The notes below the pieces were generated by a model. It saw only the letters and a program-made list of their open reading frames with translations. It was not told where the DNA came from and ran no database searches. Of a stretch of DNA of 64,000 nucleotides, positions 54,766 through 64,000 are shown in pieces (positions within the stretch are counted from its first letter, which is position 1; each line of letters starts with the position of its first letter). This stretch comes from Octopus sinensis. Lineage: Eukaryota. The translations under genes and the position numbers were made by a program. The DNA lies in the NCBI RefSeq assembly GCF_006345805.1, contig NC_042998.1, positions 167,462,001-167,526,000 on the forward strand, written 5' to 3'.

Positions 54766-54970
54766 GAATCCAGGTAAAAAACAAGTCACAGGTAAAAAAA
54801 AGTAACGGGGAAAAATGCCGGGGGGGGGGGAGGTTCTAGGGAGTTTTGTCCGGGAGTTTTGTCCGGATCCCATAAATTAATTGTAACTTTTTTCTGTGAC
54901 TTTTTTCCTAGCCAAAATTGTAACTTTATTACTGTGACTTTTTATTCCTGTGACTTTATTACCGATCACC
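54766..54970. mobile_element. Short DNA-transposon-like insertion
   Basis: 8 bp TSD aacgggac; subterminal aagtcacagg / ctgtgacttt repeats in opposite orientation. Confidence 0.6.
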
Positions 54971-55553
54971 AACGGGACACCGGTCCGTTGCAAGATTGAA
55001 GGCCAGCAATTTTTGAGGGAAAGGGGATAAGTCAATGTAATCGACCTCAGTACTAGACTGGAACTTAATTTCATAGATCCTCGAAGGGATGAAAGATAAA
55101 GTTGACTTCGGCGGCATTTAAACTCAGAAGGTAAAAAACAGTAAGATATGCCACTAAGCGTTTAGTCCGACATTGCTAACGATCCTGTCAGCTCACAGCT
55201 TTAGTGACAAAATGCTTTGCAGTATTTAGTATCAACCCAATTCATATCCTGCCAGTATCAACGTGTCCTTTCACCCTTCCAAGATCGCTAAAATACAGTA
55301 CTGATCATGTAATGCAATCAATTTCATAGATTATTTAGTCGCCTTAAATTTGTAGAAATCTTTATTAATTTGCTCCTGTCTTCCATCTAATGTATTCTAA
55401 ACACACGCGCACTGACACTTTCCTTCTTTCTCCCTCTGTATGTGTGTGCGTGTCTGCGAGTGTGTGAAAAACAACGCACACAATTATACATATACATATA
55501 CCCACGTTATGCATACATATATGCACATTACATATATATACGTTCAGAGTATC

Positions 55554-55916
55554 GTGGAAATCCGTCGGTTACGACTACGTGGGTTCCAGTTGATCCGATC
55601 AACGGAACAGCCTGCTCGTGAAATTAACGTGCAAGTGACTGAGCACTCCACAGACACGTTTACCCTTAACGTAGTTCTCGGGGAGATTCAGCGTGACACA
55701 GAGTGTGAGACAAAGCTGGCACTTTGAAATACAGGTATAACAGAAACAGGAAGATAGAGTGAGAGAAAGTTCAGGTGAAAGTGTACGGCAGGGTTTGCCA
55801 CCATCACTTTCAGGTATTTTCGCCCAATAAACACTCACAACGCCCAGTCTGAGAATCGAAACCACGATCCTACAACCGTGAGTCCGCTGGCCTAACCACT
55901 GGGCCATTGCGCCTCC
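55554..55916 (-). mobile_element. OR1-like SINE (head A + tail X)
   Basis: Reverse copy of the 53003 element. Confidence 0.88.
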
Positions 55917-56489
55917 ACACGTTCAGAGTGAAATAGGTCCACGTCGTAGTCATTATTTTAACACACGAGATATATACATATATATACACGTATATATATA
56001 TGTATACGCATATACATATATATACACAACAATATATAAATATGTATGTGTATACGTACAGAGTATAATATGTCCACGTCGTAGTCATTAGTTTAACACA
56101 CGAGAGTGAAGCACTTAATATACATAATTTTTGCATATACCTCGAATGTGTGAAATAAGTCTGACATTTTTTGTGACTTGGGTGATATTTGAAATTACCC
56201 GTCGACCTGCAGAAAAATATTTTAAATATGGCCCATTCGAAACGTAGGCATTCCTACCTAGATCTCTGAACTTTCAAAGAAGATGATTATTCACATGTCA
56301 CTCCCCTGCCTGGTGTCGGAAATCGGAAAGAAAAGATTCGAAATAATACTTTACGGGTTCTAGGCTATATCTGTATTTTTATATCGGTATATTGCGTTCT
56401 ATGCGTTTTTATATCGGAATTCTTTTCCTAGTGTACATGTTTATATTGGGCACTTACATATATTATTGACTATATATATAGTCTTAGCG

Positions 56490-57089
56490 GGGAGCGGAAT
56501 CCCTGCGAGGAATATTAATCCAGCATATGAGGATGGGACAATAAATGTAAGCCAGTGTCAAAGGTGGTTCCAGAAAATCCGAGCTGGAAGCCTTGAAGAT
56601 GAGTCTCGTCCTGGAAGATCTGTAGAGCTCGACCAGGATGTCCTGCAAACCCTGGTGGATCAAAATCCCATCATAACTGTTGAGGACCTAGCAGAGAAGC
56701 TTAAATTTCGTCATTCAACCAGTCATCGACACCAGTGCTAGAAGAAAAACGACCATCTTTGGTTTCAAGACGAAAGGTGTTCTTCCATGTTCGGCCACAT
56801 ACACGGAGGATAACATTCAAAAGGCTTAAGTAGTTTGAATGGGAAACGATGCCCCACCCACCATATTCGCCGGGCATTGCCCCATTTGTTATCATTTATT
56901 CTGCAGTCTTTAAAATCATTGGACGGTTCTGGAAAAGTATTTTTTTATCAGGGAAAAGTGAATTTTAGAAGAGGAGCCTTACGAGTCTATCAGAGGTAGT
57001 AGAAAATGGAGAGTATATTTTAGATTAATTATTTTGAAAATTAAAAGAAGTATAAAAAATACCGCATTATTTATGGGATAATCCAATAT
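56490..57089 (+). pseudogene. Internally deleted mariner transposase
   Basis: ARNIN..Y...CQRWFQK...LEDESRPGR (HTH) and RPHT...WETMPHPPYSP motifs; right TIR-like ccgcattatttatgggataatccaata. Confidence 0.85.
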
Positions 57090-57167
57090 ATATATACATG
57101 CACACGAAGAGTGTTTCATGCAGCAATCTCAGTCAGCAAGACTGATTACACAGGCATAGATAAATAA

Positions 57168-57243
<76 letters not shown>

Positions 57244-57253
57244 GCAGACATGC

Positions 57254-57327
<74 letters not shown>

Positions 57328-57414
57328 ACTATCAAGCATTCAATGTCAAGGGCTATAGTAGTTTCCATCTTATCTTACTGCTTTTCATCGCTTTCTCCAC
57401 AGGCACCCTGCCAA

Positions 57415-57692
57415 CACCGACAACAGAGTAAACACCACCAACACCACCATTCTATCACCACCACCACCGCCACCACCACCACCACCACCACCACCACCAC
57501 CACCACCACCACCACAACCGCCGCCGACGCCGCCATCACCGCCACCACCGGGAGCTCAAGAGTCTCCGCTGAAGATTAGTGTGAAGTGGCAGTCACCTGT
57601 GAAAGCGACAGATCTGTGTCATTCTCCCTGTGTCACACCTGCATAACACCCTCCCAACACTACCATCCACCACCTTCACCACCGCCGCCAGT

Positions 57693-57727
<35 letters not shown>

Positions 57728-57985
57728 CACCACCACCACCATCGTCGTCGTCGTCGTCATCGTCGTCACCAACCTCAACATTACTACCTGCAGCATTTAC
57801 CATCGCCACTACCACCGTCATTCCCATTCACCGCTTCAAGACTACCCCTCAGAACTACCATCGTTTCTACAATCACCACCAACATACCACCACCATCAGC
57901 AGCTCCACCGTCACCCCACCACTTCCAACACTACCACCGGAACGTTTACTTCTACCACCACTTCACCATCACCACTACTGCTGTC
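57415..57985. repeat. CAC/CGA/TCG trinucleotide low-complexity tract
   Basis: Visible triplet arrays. Confidence 0.85.
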
Positions 57986-58490
57986 ACATTTTGCCATGAC
58001 GATTGTTGCTTCTATTATTAAAATAGCTCTTTTCCTTCTCACCCTCTTCATAAATCTCATTCTCTTCAAGAGATGGATACGTGCGCGCGCACACACACAC
58101 ACACACGTACGTACGTACGTACGCACGCACGTACATACACATATACACACGCACACACACACACACACGGCTATGTATTTATCCATATAGTAGTTGCCTG
58201 TATGCATATATGTACATATAATTATATATATATATATACAAAAATACATACACACACACACATATAACATGTAAGCAAACAGATAAATAACGGACGATTT
58301 ATAAATGTCAGTCCATTACAGCTGTTTCTAAAGCATTTTTAATAGATGAATTAGTATATTACTTCATAGTAAAACACCGTTTTCATCAGCTGATACATAT
58401 AATTTCAAAACAATAGAAAAACAATCCATAAACACACCAGTGAACACATGCCTATTCGCCGGTCGAAGCTGTATATATATATATATATAT

Positions 58491-58778
58491 ATGTATGTAT
58501 GCATGCATGTGTGTATATGTATATATATATATGCAATATATACATGCATGACTGTGTGTTGCGCACTGTATAAATGCATGCGTACATACATATATATGTA
58601 TGGATTTATCTGTGTGCGCGCGCGCATGCATATGTGTATATATGAACATGATTAAAAATGCAATAGCTTTATATTGTATTGGTCTTCACTGCTATAAGTG
58701 CATATGTATGTATGTATGTATGTGTATGTATGTATGTATGTATGTATGTGTATGTATGTATGTATGTATATTATATAT

Positions 58779-58809
<31 letters not shown>

Positions 58810-59023
58810 TATATGTATGTATGCATGCATGTATGTATATGTATATATATATATGCAATATATACATGCATGACTGTGTGTTGCGCACTGTATAAATGCA
58901 TGCGTACATACATATATATGTATGGATTTATCTGTGTGCGCGCGCGCATGCATATGTGTATATATGAACATGATTAAAAATGCAATAGCTTTATATTGTA
59001 TTGGTCTTCACTGCTATAAGTGC

Positions 59024-59037
<14 letters not shown>
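58491..59037. repeat. Tandem duplication, period 322 bp
   Basis: Unique parts essentially identical and bounded by microsatellites. Confidence 0.9.
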
Positions 59038-59054
<17 letters not shown>

Positions 59055-59060
59055 TGTATG

Positions 59061-59106
<46 letters not shown>

Positions 59107-59269
59107 CGAATTTGATGTTTGTTCTATGATCAATGTTTCTTTATCTCTGTCTTAATCACATTTGAACACTTCTTTTTTGCAGTCTTATAAACCCTTTTGT
59201 TTCCATAAAAAGAGACAAAACTTATCCCTTGTATTCATTTACTCGTTGAGCACTTGTCATACAGGCTGC

Positions 59270-59495
59270 ATTATGAATAAACACTGTTTGGGATTTTCGA
59301 CGAAAAATATCCCCATACCTTCAAGGAACGCATATATGGAATCACTTATCCATAAAACCACTGAGTTTATTAACAGGCTAAGATGGCTTGCCTTCTTTGA
59401 TTTGAAAAATAACGGAAAGGACAGCAATAATAGGAACGGAATTGAATCTCCCGATGGGAAAAACAATTATAACCTTAAAACTTATAGAAATGCAA
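59270..59495 (+). mobile_element. PLE (Naiad-like) ORF N-terminal relic
   Basis: FSTKNIPIPS..YMESLIHKTTEFINRLRWLAFF; ends at a mariner TIR (59496-59523) of the 6967 MITE family. Confidence 0.6.
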
Positions 59496-60279
59496 GGCTC
59501 AAAACTTTTCATACACCCCTCGCATTATCTGATGTATTTTTGGATAAAATAATGTAAATGATAGGAATTTAAGGCAACTGTAGACCCTATATTTTACCAT
59601 ATAGGTCATCCTCATTTGATGTTTCACTCATTAATGAACTTCCTTATATAGATGCTTAATATCTGGGAGGAAAAAAATTACGTTTTTTCGACCAATCTAA
59701 CATACATTCTGCAATTTCAGTGTCTAAGATGAAAAGTGATAACACACAGAACTTTTCCAAAGCGATACATATTTCAATTATTAATTTCTAAATTCTTGTG
59801 CTAGATATTATTTTGATGGAATTCATTCTCTACTTTGTAGGATTAAATCCTTCTTACTATAGATTACATTGACCCTAGTGACGCATACACTCATCTTATC
59901 GACCTCGAAAGGATGAAAAGCAAAGTCGACATCAGCGATATGTGAACTCAGAACGTAAAGCCAAAAGAAATGCCATTAAGTCTTTTGTCCAGCATGCTAA
60001 TGATTCTATTAGCTTACCACCTTCTTTATAGGATTAGATATAAGTTAAAAGAAGAACATGCAAGCATAAATTAATGCATACATACGCATGCTCTTACATA
60101 AGTACATCGTACGTGCATAATATTTGTATACACACACATACCTGCATACATACAAACACACATACATACAAACATGCATACATACATAAATAAGTGAATA
60201 AATAAAACTCACTAAACTTGACTCCAGAGAACCTATTAGGTTCCCCTCCGAGGTACAAGACTAGGAGGAAAGTCGCCTC

Positions 60280-60556
60280 ACCGGCGAGTGCATAACCTAG
60301 GGTTGTTTTTATAGAAGACCAGCAGTCGCCCATGCATACCATTCTCCTCTCTCCACGCCACCGATGTTATCCAAGGGAAAGGCCGATCCAGCTTGGCACC
60401 AGTTACGTCGCAACTCATTTCTACATCTGAGTGAACTGGAGCAACGTGAAATAAGGTGTCTTGCTCAAGAACACAACGCGCAGCCCGGTTCGGGAATCGA
60501 ACTCACAACCCCACGATCGTAAGCTCGACGCTCTAACCACTAAGCCATGCGCCTTC
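60280..60556 (-). mobile_element. SINE (head B + tail Z)
   Basis: ggcgcatggctta head, cttgagcaagacac domain, gcgacgtaactggtgccaagc tail. Confidence 0.82.
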
Positions 60557-60596
60557 AGTCATACATATGTTATATTATGTATCTAAGTAATACTTG

Positions 60597-60925
60597 GGGA
60601 GTGAGTAGCGTACGTTAGTGATTACGGTATTCGACTTACGATCGTAAGATCATGAGTTCAATTCCCGGAGACGCGTTGTGTCGTTGAGCAAGACAAGACA
60701 CTTTATATTATGTTGCTCCAGTACTTTCTGCTGACAAAAATGAGTAGTACTTTTATTTCAAAGGGTCAGCCTTGTCACGTTCAGCGACAGATTGGATCTC
60801 CTTGTAAACTACGTTGAGTGTACACATGTCTGTGGAGCGCTCACCCACTTGCTCGTTAATTTCACAAGCAGGTTGCTCTGTTGATCGGATCAACCGAAAC
60901 ACTCGTTGTCGTAACTGGAGGAGTA
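60597..60925 (+). mobile_element. SINE (head B + tail X), diverged
   Basis: ttgagcaagaca domain followed by an OR1-type tail. Confidence 0.7.
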
Positions 60926-61128
60926 CTATTTTTTTTTTTGGAAGTTTTCATGCAAAACAAGACCATGTAATTGAACCTGGAATTAGAACAGGGAAGAAAA
61001 ATATGCAAGTCATGTAAACTCTTTACTGCTCTGTTATTTAAATTCTAATGACAAAGCGTTGTTTCCTACTTGGAAACCAGCTCCTCATCACCGGAAGATT
61101 TCCAAGAATTAAAAAATTTAGCAGTATA

Positions 61129-61218
<90 letters not shown>

Positions 61219-61239
61219 ATATATATATATATATATACA

Positions 61240-61366
61240 CCTGGGGCTAAATGCATCAGTAACACCCCCACCGCCCTGCCCTGTCCCTAGCCACATTCGG
61301 ATGGCTAACGTCCCTTATGTTATGGAGCAGTTACTGTATATACCTCGTTTAGAGAATTATTATTGC

Positions 61367-61370
<4 letters not shown>
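61240..61370 (+). mobile_element. Diverged terminal fragment of the 43630-44043 family
   Basis: ctggggctaaa..tcagtaacacc..tagccacattc.gatggcta..ttattgctata; (TA)n flanks. Confidence 0.7.
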
Positions 61371-61435
<65 letters not shown>

Positions 61436-61438
61436 GTG

Positions 61439-61953
<515 letters not shown>

Positions 61954-61959
61954 ACACAC

Positions 61960-61997
<38 letters not shown>

Positions 61998-62132
61998 GTA
62001 AGGATATTAAGTAAAGACTCTGAAGAAACTGCACTGGTATTATAGTAGGATTGCAATTCCAATGGTTACTAATCGGTGCAGTTGAAACGTCTGGATCTAT
62101 GTATGTACGAGTGTATATATGTATGTATATAT

Positions 62133-62211
<79 letters not shown>

Positions 62212-63477
62212 ATTAAAGGTAAAGCTATGACACTTTGTAATAATCCTTGTTATTATTGTTGATATACATGTGTGTGTGTGTGTGTGCGTGCGTGTAAAAT
62301 AGACTTGTAGGCGCTTAAACATACAACTGTACACATGAACGAGAAAATATATTCAAGCGGACACTCCACTTCCAATGCAGCTACATCTGTTCACATAAGA
62401 CTTTCACACACATGAGCTAATGTTAATTCTCTCAGGCGTCTTATCTGTACGTCTATGGCATTAGCGAGGGTGGTGATGGGCGCTGTTGAGTCTTATTTTC
62501 CCTCTATGTGTTTTTCCTTGACTTGTCACAACTTACAAATAGTAATACCCCCACATTTAGAACAACGAATGAAGGAACATATATACACCTGCATCAACCT
62601 GAATAAATGTCAGGACTGTGATGGTTGGCAGATTCCCCTCGGTCTATAATGTCATAGGGCAGAAATTTAGGAGCGCCACATACTGTCTCATACTCGACAC
62701 AAGTCTAATGAGACAGGAGCCATCTGAAAGTTGAGCAGTCTTAGTAAACCAAAAGAAAATATATAGCAAGAAAAACAACGATATACTTCTTAAGCGACAC
62801 AACATATCAAGAGTCAACGACTGACTGTATTTAGAAGTTGACAACTTGTGTATACATCAAACTAAATGTGTAATGTTTACAAAAGCACGAACGAAAACAA
62901 CCGCACATAGATTTCTATATATAAACAAGATCATATAAGATTTACTAATATGGTCATAAAACCTGAAATGTACAGCAGAATAGAAAATAAGATGTGACCT
63001 TTATGCCTGGAAAGCAATTATGTTAAACCTAGTACATATCTCAAACACACACTGCAAGAAGTACATACAAAAAGACATGCGTATGTGTTGTTGGAGAGTG
63101 AGACATTAGATCCCCGAACCGCACTTTCGGTCGTTAGATTCATCACACCAGCCTGATGAGGAATAATGATTATTTCTCTCCAGATCAATAACGAGGAACC
63201 GTGGTTCTTGATAATAAATCTCTCGCATAAATTAACACATATCACACTCTTCCAGACTGGCCAAATAAAGTTGTATTGAGCATTTTTATGCTGTTTTTTT
63301 TTTCGGGAAAATAAATTATATGTGGGTAGGTGAGGAAGTGTGTTGGAATAAAATTATGGAACGCTAGATGTAATACACAGAGACATATATATATAAACAC
63401 ACATACATACACATGCAGAGATACATATAAATGTTTGCGTGAATATATACATACATATATGTATGTATGTATGTATC

Positions 63478-63529
<52 letters not shown>

Positions 63530-63535
63530 ATATAT

Positions 63536-63568
<33 letters not shown>

Positions 63569-63652
63569 ATGTATGTATGTATGTATGTATGCATGCATGC
63601 GTATGTATGTGTGTATATATGTGTGTATATATGTCTAATATAAGGTAATATT

Positions 63653-63916
63653 TATTCCCACTTAAAAGTGGTTGTTGCGTTAAAACACAGAATACTGCGT
63701 TATTTACCATGAGAGAACTTGGGCTGCATAAAAGCGCTCGTGTTTATAACACAAGTGGGAGATAATCGTCTCCTACCGCTGCTGGAACTGCCAGGGCATG
63801 TGATTTCGGCCTTCCTTGGCCTTGCATTTATACACCACAAGTCCATATGAGATCTCTTATGGTAAATAACGCAGTATTGTGTGTTAACGCAACATCCGCT
63901 TTTAAGTGGAAGAATA
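63653..63916 (-). mobile_element. Fold-back pLTR-type element with partial hammerhead
   Basis: Arms ~63653-63716 / 63853-63916. Minus strand GGCC-aaggaa-GGCC-GAAA at 63821-63804. Related to 13730-14280. Confidence 0.6.
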
Positions 63917-64000
63917 ATATTCTCACTAAAAGGCAGTAGGGTAATAGAAGTGTTATAATACAATTCTAGATGCATAGCAGTAGATTGTTACTTCTTTTTT

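Noticed and set aside
57343-58190. Mucin- or proline-rich ORFs
   Set aside because: Triplet low-complexity sequence open in several frames; no splice or domain support.
61040-61100. Hammerhead-like gtgatga...gaaacaa..ttgtc (minus)
   Set aside because: Core C missing and stem I does not pair.
62644-62844. Signal-peptide-like ORF
   Set aside because: Short, with no recognisable domain or exon support.
63150-63200. CTGATGA followed by a hairpin
   Set aside because: No correctly placed GAAA or stem III.

Overview
This is not prokaryotic DNA. It is an AT-rich, microsatellite-saturated eukaryotic region whose SINE families look like those of Octopus (species assignment is inferred). I see no intact host gene, and most ORF-track entries are translations of (TA)n, (CA)n or (TATG)n repeats. 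The window is a dense transposon landscape: three tRNA-derived SINE groups, RTE, R4/Dong and CR1/L2-like LINE fragments, Penelope-like (PLE) relics, five non-autonomous Helitrons, Tc1/mariner and pogo-type MITEs, and decayed mariner and hAT transposases. The strongest signal is a set of short non-coding elements in (TA)n tracts. Several carry type-I hammerhead ribozyme folds and 430-510 bp partial-tandem and fold-back architecture, as expected for PLE pseudo-LTRs or retrozymes. In three of them the fold-back junction falls inside the ribozyme. Other notable features are a spacerless ~780 bp palindrome, SINEs showing all 2 head x 3 tail combinations, and scattered decayed cadherin-like exons. 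All folds, alignments and translations were done by eye, so boundaries are approximate.
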